A DNA stretch of 64,000 nucleotides from Azolla caroliniana (GCA_043228905.1 JBHGNT010000003.1:15438001-15502000); one strand, 5' to 3'; shown: positions 1 through 14,539, counted from the stretch's first letter. Numbers and translations are program-made. The notes: generated by a model from the sequence alone, not told the origin.

Positions 1-350
1 ATCATATTTGTATGGCAATATGCTCTTGAACCGCCAAATCTCTCTATGTAATGTGACACCTCATCTATATACAGACCATAGAGAGTGGGTGATTGGGCTA
101 GCCACAGCCTCCATCAACCCTTGGGAGACCACAAAATTCCTGACACGGATTCATACAGTGCATATATTCCTCATTGCATATTGATAGGAACTCCAAGGGC
201 TTCTAGTCGTTGCACAGGTTGAGCACGTGGTATTATGTCAGGCTTTTTGGAAATCCATGAAGCAGCAATAAATACTCTTATTATGGGCTTTGCCCTCCTC
301 AATAAGGGCTTGGAGGGTCAATACATGATTGAATTTTGTGAATCTCTTCT
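1..350 (-). mobile_element. LINE (RTE/RTEX-like) reverse-transcriptase fragment, degenerate
   Basis: Minus strand reads LIEEGKAHNKSIYCCFMDFQK and PTLYGLYIDEVSHYIERFGGS. It is homologous to the LINE copy at 34500-34620. Confidence 0.75.
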
Positions 351-520
351 GAAAGAAGAAAGAAAGAAAAATTAACATCTTTTAAGAGGCAAAAAGGGCC
401 TATAAGCGAACAAGAGGTTACATCTTAAGTATGAAAGAAAATGTAACTTCTTTTAAATGTCCAAAATGGTCTAGGATACCAATCAATACATTGTAAAATA
501 TTGTCTCATCTTTGAGAACA
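351..520 (-). mobile_element. 3' end of the same LINE family with (TTTC)n tail
   Basis: gaaagaagaaagaaag...ttaacatcttttaagaggc matches the LINE 3' end at 32903-33010. Confidence 0.7.
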
Positions 521-1115
521 ACAAAGCAAATGAAAGAATGAAGAAGATAGATTTAACTGGATTATCTGGAGGCAATTAGAGAGCATGAACGTTTCCTTTT
601 CACCACTTCAAGAAGGTTGATTGGGATGGACCATGGATGCTTGGTTCTTTGTGAACCAAAAACCTTTTTTTGAACTGAGAACAAATACTTTGATTGATGA
701 CCAGTTATATTTGTTTGAAAAGTTTTGAGGGATTGGAAAATAAGAAAGTTTGAAAATCAGAGAGATGGGGATGAGAAGTGATTCCAGATGGCATGCCCAT
801 CCTATAAGGCCAAACTCTTTGTATGGAGTTGATTCTTACATTACATTGTGGTTTCTTTTTTTGTTTTCTCTGTACAATGTCACCCAAGATAGTATTCACA
901 CATTGTTCATTTTCCAATTAACCATCATTTGTGGATGCTTTTTAATTACTTGAGTTTCTTTATCTCTATTTTAGTGGGGATTTTGCTCAACTGAATTCAT
1001 CAATAGCGTGTCATCAGTACTATTTTTTAATTTGATTATCTTTGATATTGGGGATTATTTCATGATTGGTAGACTCACAATGCATCCCTTTTTTATGCTA
1101 TGGCACTGTGTGAAA

Positions 1116-1759
1116 TGCTAGAAATATTGAGAATTGGCTTGATAGGCATATAGAGTTACACTCATAGAGATGTATATGTGTCAATAGAAAGTTTCTATTA
1201 CATATGAGAGTAGCTCACAATGGTAGTCCTCCCATGCGCTCACACCCTAGAGCATAGATGGGATCTAGACTAATCGACTACATAGTTAGTTGACACAGAT
1301 AATAGTCGCAGCAGCCGTGCAAGAGAAATAGGGCGTATACTTATGGTATGTTTGATCGTATTGTCAAATTAAATGTGCAAGTCAATTGATGGAAGTGAGG
1401 ATATTCCTTTTTTCTGTCAACTGACTTGTGGTTTAATATGACCTAGCTCCATGGATGCAAGCTAGTTCTAGTTAGTAATTATCTTAAAGTCAATGGCACA
1501 TACTTCAAGACTAAGTATATCTTAACCTACCAATAGAGAATATTCTTCTAGTCAACCTGACTAGTCAATCTCATTACCCTACTTCCCTCTTTCGTAAATA
1601 CATTTTGTTCTACTCATTTACAGTTTCTCACATTGACACCTCATATGGTCAGGTTGCACAATAGCTACTCATTTGGGCTGTTATCACAAAATGTTGACTC
1701 TAAGAATACATTTGGCGATAAACTGACAACTTGGGGGTGATCATTGACCATATCTTACA
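1116..1759. mobile_element. ~640-bp dispersed repeat, probably a solo LTR (copy 1)
   Basis: TG...CA ends (TGCTAGA...TCTTACA); collinear with 30366-30999; internal hairpins; no matching TSD. Confidence 0.6.
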
Positions 1760-3694
1760 AGTATTTGTGGAAGTATTTGTGGCATCAATGTGTGTGCTAG
1801 GACAGTGAACCAGTCATCCAATGTGAATAAAACTTCATACACTGTTGAATTACATACTTCAGCTATTCTTGAAATAAAAATATAGGCTTGTTCATGGTAT
1901 CCATGTTTTCAGATCATACAGTATACTCTGCATACATGGCCTCACTTCGATCATATAGTATACTTTGTGCGCCACATGTGTGTGCATTAAAACATCGAAC
2001 TAGCATGATACCTTCCATGCTTGCAAATCTCAAAATTTATGATAAAAATTAGTTGGTAGGGAGATTCCCCACTTGGTGCAAACCTCAAGTATGCAAGTAA
2101 AAAGTAGTGCCTGCCTAGTTGCATAGTTAAGGCATAGAATATTGTTTTTTCTACCTGACTTATATAAGATTCACATGGTTGTAACTTTTGGTCCCATAGG
2201 ATACTTTTGCTGTTTGAAGATGCTAATATGACACTTCGCATTATTTCTAATTATTTGCATTCACATATAATATGATCCTGCATCTTTATATATGACCTGA
2301 ATTTGGTTTGACAAATCTCATCAATGTGATGTAGCTACTCCACTAGATAATCTAACGTGTTTGCCTGTGGTTAATACACTTACTCCCATCATTAACCTCA
2401 TTCTTCTGTAGTCTCTTGCCTAGAAATTGGTGTGTCCCAATGACATAATGATTTGAGTATTTCTGAGGGTCTCCTCAAACTATTCTACATCTGTTCTGAA
2501 TTGCAATTCCATAGGTCAGTTAAACTGCAAGGTCTCATAGGCCATACACTGTCATCGGAACCTTCCCCTTTGTCTGTAGATTGTCCACTTCCTCTGTTTC
2601 CTTGCCTCAAGTATGTGTAGCGTCTGACTCTACAGTGAGCCACTTCTGTGGTTGCAAGCTCCTTATAAGTGTATTTCTTTTGTCTTTTTGAGGGCTCCTT
2701 ATAAGTGAGCCACTTGTGATACTCTTTGTTCCGTTGATAGAAAAGAACTGATGACTTAGAAGGATTAATGAGGATGATGAGGCCATTTTCAGGTTGATAT
2801 GGTTTGTATATATGACATAATCCTTTCTGCATGTATCACACAATCCATGGAGTTTGTATTATGTTTGGTATGCTGATGAAGGCTTGGAGAATTTGGTTTT
2901 GCTCATGACTTCTAGGAAATTCTCTCAATGCTGCTATAGTAATAATAATAATAATATTCACAGATATGTTTGGCCCAAAGCCCTATTTAACTTTGCTGAG
3001 AGGCGTTATATTTCTTAACTTTGCTGAGAGGCCCAAAGCCCTATTTAAAGAGACAATCATGCCATGCCACTTATGTCATAGTACATTCCAGTGCAATGCT
3101 ATGCATGGTGTTCCGCTGATTCCATCCTTTGCTGGAACAATTAGCAGATACAATCTCCTACAAGAAATATCTGTCCCTGACATCTGCATATGGGAGAGTT
3201 TCCTATTCTCCATTTCACATGTCAAGAACTGAAGAATATTTATGATCCATACAGCAACCGCCATTATGAAGCGTAGACGTGTATCTTTTCAGGTGCAAAA
3301 GAATTAGGTTAGACATGGAGATAGGGAATACAGACAGATTTTATCAAATGACTGCATTGGGTGATCAGCGAGATGTGCTTGATTATTTTCAATACTTGCA
3401 GCACATTCTTTTGCCTTAAAATCTTTGCACATTAAGATGCCATATTGATATTATTTTGACTTGGAGTATGTACTAGTCGGGCAGGGATTCTTTGTCAAGG
3501 GAGTTTGTCGTTCTGCTGTCAAAATATGATCATGGCCAGTAACGAGAATTATATTCAAATTTCAATTATGGTTTATAATTTAAATCCTTAGAAATATGTG
3601 ACTTGATCAATTTAATCTGTTAAATTCAGTTTTTTTACCATTAATTTCTGGGTTTGAGAATGGATTTATATATGAATCATGATGGCTGTTGCAG

Positions 3695-3848
3695 ATTTGT
3701 GGAGCTCTTGTGGCAATTATCTGCTCATGCCTTACGTGAAGTTCATAAACGAAGTTTTCCATCGGACGTGTCAGCAAATCCTTTGCCAACATCATTGACT
3801 GAAGTTGCTCAGTGTAACCATGCTTCAGCATTGCTGACTGTGACAAAG
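3695..3848 (+). CDS. AUG6: AUGMIN subunit 6 exon (first exon seen; the gene 5' end lies upstream of the window)
   Basis: [38 protein letters not shown] matches plant AUG6 ([32 protein letters not shown]); AG/GT boundaries. Confidence 0.92.
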
Positions 3849-3989
3849 GTGCACCACAAGAGATTGTTTAGAAGGAAAAGGATTATGAGTCTATGGCAAT
3901 TATTTAAAAAAAGTTGACGAAGATATATTCTACTCGGGAGATAGTATAATTGCAAACTTTGATTTCATGAGTAATTCTCATTTTCACTG

Positions 3990-4350
3990 AGATTTGATGC
4001 ACGTGTCTTTCTTTTTTTTGGTATTTTTCAAGAAAAGGTTCTTCCGCAGGTTCAGAAATAAAACTGGCCAAATTCCAGATTGTTGATAAGATGATTTTAA
4101 ACAAATAAAAAGAAGATTTGTATCCATATAAGAGGTTGTGATGATGAACCCATCCTCTGATGTGTAAAAAGGTTGCCTTATAGTGGGCCATATTCCTACC
4201 AAGGGATGTTAGGGGGCTGATCCAAGGTCCCCAGTTATCCAATTTCATTATATCAATTTGGATCACTCTATTCTTTTCCACTTTGGTTATGTCAGATGGG
4301 GACAATCCAAGCTATGTTGGAATGGGGGTAGTGCATTTATGCTTACTCCT
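3990..4350 (-). mobile_element. LINE ORF2 C-terminal fragment in an AUG6 intron
   Basis: TKVEKNRVIQ.DI.KL...WISP..SLGR.MAHYK matches the LINE at 33633-34067. Confidence 0.7.
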
Positions 4351-5022
4351 AGGTATATGTAATTTCATCTGTGCGCCATCTTTTCGTCTCCCAAGAAGAA
4401 TTCTGGTTCTGATGTCATTGTGTTAACACCATCACTTCAGTTTTATCCAGGTTTATCAATGAACCTTTGTTGGTGCAAAATGCTTTAAAGCTTATAGATG
4501 TCTTTGTAGTCCCTGCAGAGAGTCGGAGATCAACACAATGTCATTAGCATGTAGTAATATCACTAAGCATGCTCCTGAATGGCCAAAGCTTTCTAGGTAA
4601 TGCAATACCTTATCTACATAGAGACCGAAGAGAGTGGGAGATGGTGAGCATCGGACCAGTAAACTACTTAAATGACATGAAGGCAGTCATAGATCCTAGC
4701 ATGCTAAAGTATTAAACATGAATCAAAGATAACACAATATGAAGCTGGTAATGGTTTGTATAGGCCATTTCATATGTTGAAAACAAAATGTGTACTACCC
4801 ATCCTCCACCTACAGATACTAAAATTATGAAGTGTAGAACTGGGTTTGCTTTGTATTTATCTAGGAAATAATTCTCTTGTATATTAAAGTAGAGGTTCAG
4901 TAAAAATATTCTATGTTTTGTTGGTACTTTAGTATTTGAATACTGGATTATAGATAAATATCTTGATTTTAACATGGGATATCTGAGTTTTAGTTTTATT
5001 CAGTCAGTATATAATATTGCAG

Positions 5023-5148
5023 GCTAGAATTGCACTGGAGCGTCGACGTTTTCTTGATGATGCTGCAGCAGTTGTTCGCAGACAAGCAGTATGGTCAAGT
5101 CTTGCACACGATATGACTGCTGAATATCGAGCATTATGTGCAGAAGAG
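5023..5148 (+). CDS. AUG6: AUG6 exon
   Basis: [42 protein letters not shown], a conserved AUG6 block; AG/GT boundaries, phase 0. Confidence 0.93.
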
Positions 5149-5229
5149 GTGTCATTCTCATGCAAATACTCATACACCAGCTGCTCTTCCATTGTTTAAA
5201 ATGCTTTTTTAACGGATCCTCTTTGTCAG

Positions 5230-5383
5230 GCATATTTGCATCAAGAGTTGGATAAACTTGAGGAACCTAAAAAACTGAGAGATAGAGATTCGCAAAATAG
5301 CTCTGAAAATTCTACCGAAGAGCGTAGGTTGCTTTCTGTAAGCAGAGCAACTCATCATTGGGATTCTTTACTCAATCATACAG
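5230..5383 (+). CDS. AUG6: AUG6 exon
   Basis: AYLHQELDKL...VSRATHHWDSLL; AG/GT boundaries, frame-consistent. Confidence 0.9.
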
Positions 5384-5482
5384 GTGCTTGGCCCCAGTGT
5401 GAATTATGGCCTTGTAGGGTTTGTACTTTTAAGTAGCTTTTTGTTATCGAGTACATTTTTCTGAGTTATATCATATATGCAG

Positions 5483-5543
5483 CTCAGCATGAGAAATTAG
5501 CATCTGGACCTATTGAGGATCTGTTAGCGCACCGTGAACACAG
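5483..5543 (+). CDS. AUG6: AUG6 exon
   Basis: QHEKLASGPIEDLLAHREHR, nearly identical to the AUG6 motif; phase-consistent splice sites. Confidence 0.92.
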
Positions 5544-5676
5544 GTATAAAACTACTCAGAATAAAAACTCAGAAGTGAACAACTCTAAAATGCATAACTG
5601 TTATACAAACCTCCAAATGTAGTAAGTAATAACATGCCCACTAATAATTTAATATGTTGGGTAATTGATGGCACAG

Positions 5677-5956
5677 ATATCGTGTATCTGGACCAGCTCT
5701 TCGAGCAGCAATGGAGAGAAGTTCTAGTATCTCTTCAAATGACGTGTTATCCTTTAGATCAGATGAAGTTGCTGGTAGTAAAATTGATCAGATGACATCA
5801 GGAGAAAATGATACTCATGCTAATGGAGAGTTCGAAATGACTGTTAGCATACTTGATGACAAATCACTTAAGGGTGTTGCATCTCTTGATGTTGCTGAAG
5901 TTTTGAGGCGTTGGACACATTCTTTGCAGCGAATTCACAAACAATCTCTTAGACTG
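5677..5956 (+). CDS. AUG6: AUG6 exon
   Basis: YRVSGPALRAAM...LDVAEVLRRWTHSLQRIHKQSLRL; AG/GT boundaries. Confidence 0.92.
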
Positions 5957-7042
5957 GTACTGGTTCTGTAGGGTTGAATTTATAATTAACACATGTTTTT
6001 CTTGTCTGGTTTAAGAGTTAATAATGTCCGCCAGTGAAATGTTTTTATTCTTATATGCATCATCTTGCTTTCCTGTTTTCATTAAATCTACTATAATCCT
6101 CGTACAAATAATATTGACATAAAACATCAGTAGAGATCAGTGCAGGTTCTCTCTTTAGATTTTCTATTTTAACCTTCCTAAAGGGTTCCCATAAGGCACA
6201 GTTTATATTCTTAGTGAATGATTGGAATTTCTATTTTCTATCCTTTTATCTTTTGAATGTAGGCCATGACCATCTGGGTCATAGTCTCATTGCCCTTGTC
6301 ATCACAATTAAAGGCCATTATCTCGCAACAGTGAAGGTGCTTCCCTTGCTTTGGAGATCTCTCCATCTTGGAGCGGTTTATGTTGATTTCTAGTTCTCAG
6401 ATATGCTGATCCTTTATAATTATCTATTTGATTGTATTTAATTTGGCTTTTTGTTCTCTTGGAGTGGCCCATGTTAGAGATTTTTCAAAGACAAGTTTTA
6501 TTATAAGTTTAGAATCATGTTCTCAGATAAGAGTGGATTCTTTAGTACCATATTATTAGTAGTATTTATTTAGATTTTTTGTTCTCAAAGATGAGAAAAT
6601 AGTAAGATGTAAGATCATGGTCTTACAAGGCTTTGGTTCACTATGCAAGATCATGGAATATAAAGACCAGCAATGCTTGGGACTATTCTTGCTAAAACTC
6701 AAGCGACAGAAAAGTTGTTGAGGGACAGCAATACAACCACAACATGTCATCAACAAAGAATAATCACAACTTTCTTTAGCCACATCACTACTTATCATAC
6801 TACAAGTCAATGGTGGACCACACAAGTGAATTCTTGACCAAGACACTCTAAAAGAGCTACAATATGAGATACCATTGCCCCACTATAATATGAGATACCA
6901 TTTCGCAAACCATTTTATGAGATACCAACGCTTCTTCAAAGATGGCTTTCGCCCACTACCTACGTAAGGTAATAGAATATGAAAAGCAATGGTTCTTTCT
7001 TTCATGTCACAACTTTCCTCAACACCATTGCTTTTTCTCATT

Positions 7043-7229
7043 CTACAATTCAATCAAGGGCCACAGAAGTGGAGTCTTGACCGAAACATTTGGAAGGTGT
7101 TACAATATGTAGATTTAGCAGCAACAATTTGTGCACATATACAATTCAATCAAGGGCCACAGAAGTGGAGTCTTGATTGAAACATTTGGAAGGTGTTACA
7201 ATATGTATATTTAGCAGCAACAATTTGTC
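7043..7229. repeat. two-copy ~97-bp direct repeat
   Basis: tacaattcaatcaagggccacagaagtggagtcttga...ttagcagcaacaatttgt occurs at ~7043 and ~7140. Confidence 0.7.
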
Positions 7230-8009
7230 TCCATCGCCTTTGTCACTAAAGGTTCTTCTTGAATGCGAGAGCCATCTCCATTTTTATCGGCCCCTGATGG
7301 AGATCGTTTGAGGAGCCCAGGATATGACCTATGCAAACATGGGAGCATCCCCAATGGTGACCAAGGCATTATTCTGATCAGTGGCTGGTATCTAGTGGAT
7401 TTGAGATTATGAGGCATATTATATGTAGCCCTTGATTGGTTGTAGCAAGAATAGGAGTGATGGGACTAAAGAAAGTTGTGGTTATTCCCTGTTCATGAGC
7501 TTGTGTGGTTGTATTGTTGTCCTTCAACTTCTCCTTGTATCTCTTGAGTTCTAACAAGAACAGCCCAGGCACTGTTGGTACTCATATTCCATTACCTTGT
7601 ACAATTGTGGTTAAATAGGTAATGGTATCTCCGTCTTAGTTCATAAAAAGCAATATAGCACCAAATATAGTATCCTTAAGATTTCATACCCTGATGACAC
7701 AAGTGGTAGATTCTTTCTTCCAAAGGTGTACATGCATATCTCTCCCTACCTCAATCTCTAATTGATATGAAGAGGTCTGCAACCACCCTATCGCATTGCA
7801 CAACGTACTTTAGATGTATGTGCACATAAGAGGGCCTGATGATGAATCTATCCTCCAATGTCTGTAAACATTGTGCCTTAATATAGTGGTTCGTCTTCTT
7901 ACCAAGAGATGTGGGGCCAAGTTGATAATATAAGTTTATCCAAGTTGATAATATCAGTTTGGATCACTGTATTTGTTTCTGCTTGGTCATGTTTAGATGG
8001 GGAAAATCG
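7230..8009 (-). mobile_element. LINE ORF2 3' fragment, interrupted by the Copia insertion and resuming at 12705-12990
   Basis: GLFLLELKRYKEKLK...ITTTFFSPIT matches 33360-33617. The consensus tttagatggggagaatccaag is split at the Copia TSD. Confidence 0.75.
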
Positions 8010-11000
8010 TGTTGAGAATAAAGGGCCATCGTGCCTTTTATTAGTGCACGAGTGTGAACACACTCGTAGCACACTTTCGACTTGTATATACATAATATCT
8101 AAAAACCGAAAAAGAGGTACACTCTTTGTACCCAAGACATCGTGCATCTCTCTCTCTCACTCAGACTCTCTCCCTCTCTGTTTTTGGCCTAAACCATAAT
8201 ACTCGTGCTACCTTCAAACTGGTATCAATGCTGGGTTTAGGGTTTTCTGCAGAGCAGGTCACGTTTTTTGTAGTGCAGGTTTGGTCCTTTGTTTGGGCTA
8301 AGAAATCATGACTAGTAGCAGTGATAGTAGCCACCTTATGCACATCAAGAAGCTTGAGGGTGCACATAACTTTGCAGTATGGAAAAAGCAATGCTACAAC
8401 ATCCTATTGCAAAAGAAGCATGCAAAGCCTATAAAAGTCAAAGGGGTAAAGCTTATAGATATGGACCAAGATGATTGGCAAGAGTTAAACGAGCTTGCAC
8501 GCTCGACTATTGAGTTGTCAATCTCTGATGCCTTGCTTTTTAATATCGAAGGTTTGGACCCCGCCTATTCTATATGGACTAGACTAGAGGAACTGTATGC
8601 CCAAAAGACGGCAGCTAGCAAAGTTTATTGACTTAAGAACCTTATGGATTTGCGCATGACAGAGGGTACACCCATGTCAACTCACCTCAGTAAGTTCAAA
8701 TCCATTTTCAACCAGCTGGTTGCCTTGAAATTCATCATTGATGGTGAGTTTAAGGCCACGTTTTTCCTTTGCACCTTGCTAGAATGTTGGGATACTTTCA
8801 GGACTGCTATGAGCAATTTAAATGCGATGCTTCTTTATGCCGATGTAGAGAGTTCTCTACTCATGGAAGAGATGAGCCGGTGAAACAATGCATCCAATAA
8901 GTCCTCTAGTGCGTTGCATATGAGGGGTAGGTCACAACAAAGAGGCAAATCTGATAGTTATGGCCGTAGTAAATCACATGGTAAAGATGTAGAATGCCAT
9001 CATTGTGGCAAAAAGGGTCATTTTAAACGTGATTGTTTCAAATGGAAGAGAGAGAAAGGAAAGGGCAAGAAGATAGATGATTTCATAGAAGAAAAAAGAG
9101 ACATTCAACCGAGGAAAGGAAATACTAAAATTGAAGAGGTGAATGTAGTCACTCATGATAGTGATAGTGGAAATGATGTACTCTTGGTTTCATCATGCCA
9201 TAGAGAACATGCTTTACTTGCAGATACCGATGGTGACATGCACACTTGGATACTCAATTGTGGTGCTTCTTTTCATGTCACCCCTCATCGTGAGTGGTTT
9301 TCAAATTACATAGGGGGTCGACATGGTGTTGTCCATCTTGGGGACAACTATGCATGTGAAATTGCAGGTATTGGCATTGTGCAATTACAGTTTCAGCATG
9401 GTTCTGGTTTCACACTTCAGCATGTACGGCATGTACCTCAGCTTAAGAAGAGCTTGATTAGCACAGGACAGCTAGATAATGATGGATTTCACACAACCTT
9501 TGGTGATGGGAAATGGAAGATTTGTAAGGGATCTAGAGTTATTGCCAAGGGTAGTATAAGTGATACTTTGTATCCTCTCCATGTATCTAGTGTGAGTGAC
9601 CATGTTGTTGCCATAACTGAGCAGCCTAGTGTTTCTTTGTGGCATGGCTGGTTGGGACACATGAGTGAAACTGGTATGAAAGTATTGTCTCGTTTGGGTT
9701 ACTTGCCATGTCTTCATTATGCTGATTTTGAACATTGTGATCATTGCATTTATGGTAAACATGTACAAACATCTCATAAAAAGTCTCTTTCGCTGAAGTC
9801 GTCCCCGCTTGAGTTAGTACATTCAGATGTATGTCAGATGCTAGGGCTGTCATTAGGGGGAAAGAAATACTTAGTCACTTTTGTCGATGATGCTACACGG
9901 AAGGTATGGGTTTACACTATTCGTAGCAAGGATGAAGTGCTTGACAAGTTTCGAACATTTTTGGCATTAGTTGAGAATCAAATTGATAAGACACTTAAGT
10001 GTCTTCGCTCTGACAATGGTGGGGAATATGTGTCCAAGGCTTTTCAAGCATTTTGTGACAGCAAAGGGATAAAGAGGGAACTCACTGCCCCTTGAGCGTA
10101 TGAATCAGACTATTCAAGATAAGGTCCGTACTATGCTGTCTCATGCTGCGTTACCCCATGGTTTTTGGGCAGAGGCTGTTATGACAGCTGTTCACTTGAT
10201 TAATCGGTCACCTAACAGGTCTTTGGGAGGGGGAATACCCCAAGAAGCGTGGTTGGGTAAGCCACCTTCATATGCTCACTTGAGAGTGCTTGGCTGTGAG
10301 GCTTTTGTGCACATTCGTAAAGAAGAACGCAACAAACTTGAGCCAAAGTCTTGCAAATGTATTTTCCTAGGATACAGTGACGAGGGTGAAATGGGGTATA
10401 GATTGTGGGATCCCGAGAAAAGGAAAATAGTACGCAGCAATGATGTTATCTTCCGGGAAAATTGCATGCATAAACAACCCGAAAAGACTGAGGAAGTACG
10501 TAGGGTTGTATTCCGAGAAGAAATACCTTTTAGACAGGAAAATGTGCCCGCTGTACAGCAGCAAACACCTGCTGTAAACTTACCTGCAAATGCAGAAAAT
10601 GAGGTTGGAAATGATCAGCCAGCCTTTGCCAATAATGATGAGCCACCAAATGTGCAGGAACAGCTAGAACAGCAAGCTGTCAATGCTGATTTGCAGGCTG
10701 AAATGCCTGGACTGCAAATTGAAAATGATGATTTGCAGGCTCAACAGCTACCAAACAATGAGCATTGGGTTAGGAGATCGTCTAGAGTTACTAGAAGGCC
10801 TGACAGATTTGATCCTGATGCAAACAGTGTGGCTGATTATGTCATGGTAACTGATTGTGGCAAACCGACTTGCTTCAAGGAAGCAATGGACAGACAGGAC
10901 AATAAGAAATGGTATAAAGCCATGTTGTTAGAGATGGAATCTCTTGAGAAAAATGACACTTGGGATTTGGTGCAGTTGCCTAAAGGGCAGAAAACACTTC

Positions 11001-12704
11001 CATGCAAATGGGTTTATAAAATTCAGGTCATTTTTGATTCCTCGCCAAAGTACAAAGCAAGATTGGTTGCAAAAGGATACAACCAGGGATATGGAGTTGA
11101 TTTTGATGAGATCTTCCCGCCTGTAGTCAAGATGACTACATTAAGAATAATTTTGGGCTTAGTTGCAGCTGAAGATATGGAGCTCATACAGATGGATGTG
11201 AAGACCGCCTTTTTACATGGCGATCTGCATGACGACATATATATGCAGCAGCCTGAAGGTTTTGTTGCTAAAGGCAAAGAGAAGATGGTTTGTAAGCTCA
11301 AAAGGAGTTTGTATGGGTTGAAACAAGCACCAAGAGAATGGTATCATAAATTTGATGCATTTATGCAGTCTCAAGGTTTTCGTAGAAGTCAAGTGGACCA
11401 TTGCTTGTACACCAAGAAGGCAGGAGATGGCAGCCTGATTATCTTGGTTTTGTATGTTGATGATATGTTGATTGCTGGCAAGGATATTCATGCCTTGGAT
11501 TCATTGAAGCAAAGCCTTCATGGCAGCTTTGATATCAAGGATCTTGGTGATGCAAATCACATCCTTGGCATGCGAATACTCCGAAACCGGTCGAAAGGGG
11601 TACTCTTTCTATCTCAGCAGGAGTATATCTCGAAGGTTTTGCAGCGTTTCAATATGTAGGGGGGGAACAATTGGGGTTCCATTGCCTCCATATTTGAAAC
11701 TTAGTGCAGAAGACAGCCCTACATCTGATGATGAGAAGGCTGAAATGGCTAAGGTTCCATATGCTTCAGCCGTTGGCAGTTTGATATATGCGATGGTTGC
11801 TACACGCCCTGATATTGCCTTTGCAGTGGGAGTGGTTAGTAGCTACATGGCAAATCCTGGCAAAAAGCATTGGGAAGCGGTGAAAGGTATTATGAGATAC
11901 CTCAAAGGCACAAAGGACTTGGGCACTTGCTTTGGAAAGCAAAAGGCATCTGTCGTTGGTTTTACGGATGCGGGCTATGCTGGTCACGCAGACTGCAGGA
12001 AGTCTACTTCTGGGTATGTGTTTACTTTCACAGGAGGAGCGGTCTCTTGGATCTCCAGACTACAGAAGTGTGTTGCATTGTCTACTACAGAGGCAGAGTA
12101 TGTTGCTGCCACTGAGGCATGCAAAGAGACTTTATGCCTTTCATATCTAGTGAGAGATCTTGGCATTACAGAGTTACCTATTCTTCATTGTGACAGCCAA
12201 AGTGCTATCATACTAGCTCGGAATCCCGTCTTTCATGCAAAGACGAAGCACATAGAGGTGAAGTATCACTTCATCAGAGATGTACTTGACAGCAAGAACA
12301 TTGAGCTTGTCAAAGTACATACAAATAATAATCCTGCAGATCTTCTCACGAAGGGTCTTCCAGCTGAGCGATTTGCTCATTGCCGACAGATGATGGGAGT
12401 TGGATAGATGTATGTAGTTCAGCTTTGTACATACTTGGACTTAGCTGACTTTTTTTTTTTTTCTTCCTTCTCACGGCACATTGCCTTTAGGTGGGAGGTT
12501 GTTGGGAATAAAGGGCCATCGTGCCTTTTATTAGTGCACGAGTGTGAACGCACTCGTAGCACACTTTTGACTTGTATATACATAATATCTAAAAACCAAA
12601 AAAGAGGTACACTCTTTGTACCCAAGACAGCGTGCATCTCTCTCTCTCACTCAGACTCTCCCTCTCTGTTTTTGACCTAAACCCTAATCCTCGTGCTGCC
12701 TTCA
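8010..12704 (+). mobile_element. full-length decayed Ty1/Copia LTR retrotransposon in the AUG6 intron
   Basis: LTRs at 8010-8216 and 12500-12704 (TG..CA, ~9 substitutions plus one 2-bp indel); PBS TGGTATCAATGC at 8220; PPT AGGTGGGAGG at ~12489; TSD AATCG/AATCC. Confidence 0.95.
8308..12407 (+). pseudogene. Copia gag-pol (gag, zinc knuckle, PR, INT, RT, RNase H) with stops, a deletion and a frameshift
   Basis: CHHCGKKGHFKRDC, LRSDNGGEY, YVDDMLIAG and KHIEVKYHFIRD motifs; stops at 8629, 8881 and 11657; deletion at ~10093. Confidence 0.93.
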
Positions 12705-13199
12705 AATCCAAGTATATGGGAACGGGGGTAGTGCATTTAATGAGTCATTGCTATGTGAACTTTATTGATGCTAATGACACTTTGAATCTATCCTCCAATG
12801 TTTGTAAAAAGTGTGCCTTATAGTGGTTCATCTTCTTACCAAGAGATACTTTGGGGCTTGTCCATGTTCTTCTGTATCCAAGTCGATAAAATCTGTTTCG
12901 ATGACTCTATTCGTTTTTGTTTGGTCATATTTAGATGGGGAGAATCCAAGTTACATTGGAATGGAGGTAGTGCATTTAATGAGTTATTGCTATGTCAGCA
13001 CTTTATCGATGCCTATGACTCCTACTAGCTGCACAGAACATACCATTATAGTGAACTTCAAGAGCAGAGATCCCATGATACCTAGCAACTAGAAGACACT
13101 CATGATTGGCCATTACTTGGGCCAAACTATATATGGTTTGATCCTAGATTCAGAATTGCATGTATGAGTAGAGAGAATTTGCTGCCATTCATCTGTAAC

Positions 13200-13580
13200 A
13201 TAACATTAAATATAAATGCACTACCTCTTTTCTGTGTAGCTTGGATTGTCCATACCTGAACATGACCAAAATCGAAAAGAGTAAAGAGTGATCTGAATTG
13301 ATACCATTAAATGGAAAGAACCTGGATCAGCCCCACATCTCTTTGTAGGAAGATGGCCCATTTATAAGGCATTCTTTCTATACACATTGCAAGATAGATT
13401 TATCTTCAGACCTTATATGGAGCACACCCGTCTCATGCGCTCCATATTGTGACAGGGCAGCTATGAGTTTTAGATAGGCAGACATGTACACAAACCATTG
13501 TTTGGAAGAAATCTATGTTTACCATTGTGATGTTTTTTATGAATTACGAGGGAGATACTCTTGTCTCTTCAAACAATGTT
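13200..13580 (+). mobile_element. degenerate LINE fragment
   Basis: aacatgaccaaaatcgaaaag...tggatcagcccc...gaagatggccca matches the LINE C-terminal region. Confidence 0.55.
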
Positions 13581-14539
13581 CTTTATGGACAATAAAAATT
13601 CTAATTCTTCAAACAAATGAGTCAAGGTCTACATAAGTAGGGTATCGATGCAATGCCCAAAAGGGGATATCATGGATCGGATCAAACAATGCTTTGGTTC
13701 ACTACTCAAGGTAATGGAATATGAAGACCAATGGCGCTTAGGACTATTCTCAGTAAAACCAAGTGACATAGAGAGAAGTTGAAGAATACAAATGTAATGG
13801 CTTATGAATAAAGAACCATCCCAACTCCCTTGAGTTCCATCACTTCTTCTCATGTTACAAATGAGTCAAGGTTTACATAAGTAGGGTATCGACTCAATGC
13901 CCAAATGGGGATACCATGGATCGGACAATAGCAATGTGGTGCATGTAGGCCACATTCATTTGGATTTGATCTCCTCATCCTTGTTCTTGATTGTTAAAGG
14001 TGCATCCCTTGCTTTAGAGACCCCTCCATCTAGGATCAGCTCGTGTTGGAGATCTTTCGAAAGCAAAAGTGTCAATCCACATAAGTTCATAATGTTAAGT
14101 GTTTAGCTAACGAGATTCTCGGGTATATTAGGCAGTTCTTTGAGTTTGTTCTCAAAGATGAGATAACACTTAACATGTAATCTCTTGTTTGGTCTTATAC
14201 GCCATTTTGGCCTCTTCAAGTGTCATCGCCCAATGATTTGTCAAAGGTTGTGGCTAGCACAATTGGCGCCATCACATGTGCTTACCTTGCTTTGGACACC
14301 TCTCCACTCTGGCTCAACCTATGCTAGAGCTCTTTTGAAGACAAAAATTACAATATATCTAACTTGAAAATCTAATATGTACTGATAACAAGATTCATTA
14401 GTCACTTTTTATCTTATTTACTTTTTTTACTTTGTAACATTTATTTTGGTTTGTTGTTCACAAAGACAAGATATCCCTTGAGATGCAATCTCTTGTTTGG
14501 CCTCTTAAAAGTGCCGTGTAGGTACTTCCAATGGGTTGT

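Noticed and set aside
530-960. Possible Gypsy integrase C-terminal remnant on the minus strand
   Set aside because: Too degenerate to support without a search.
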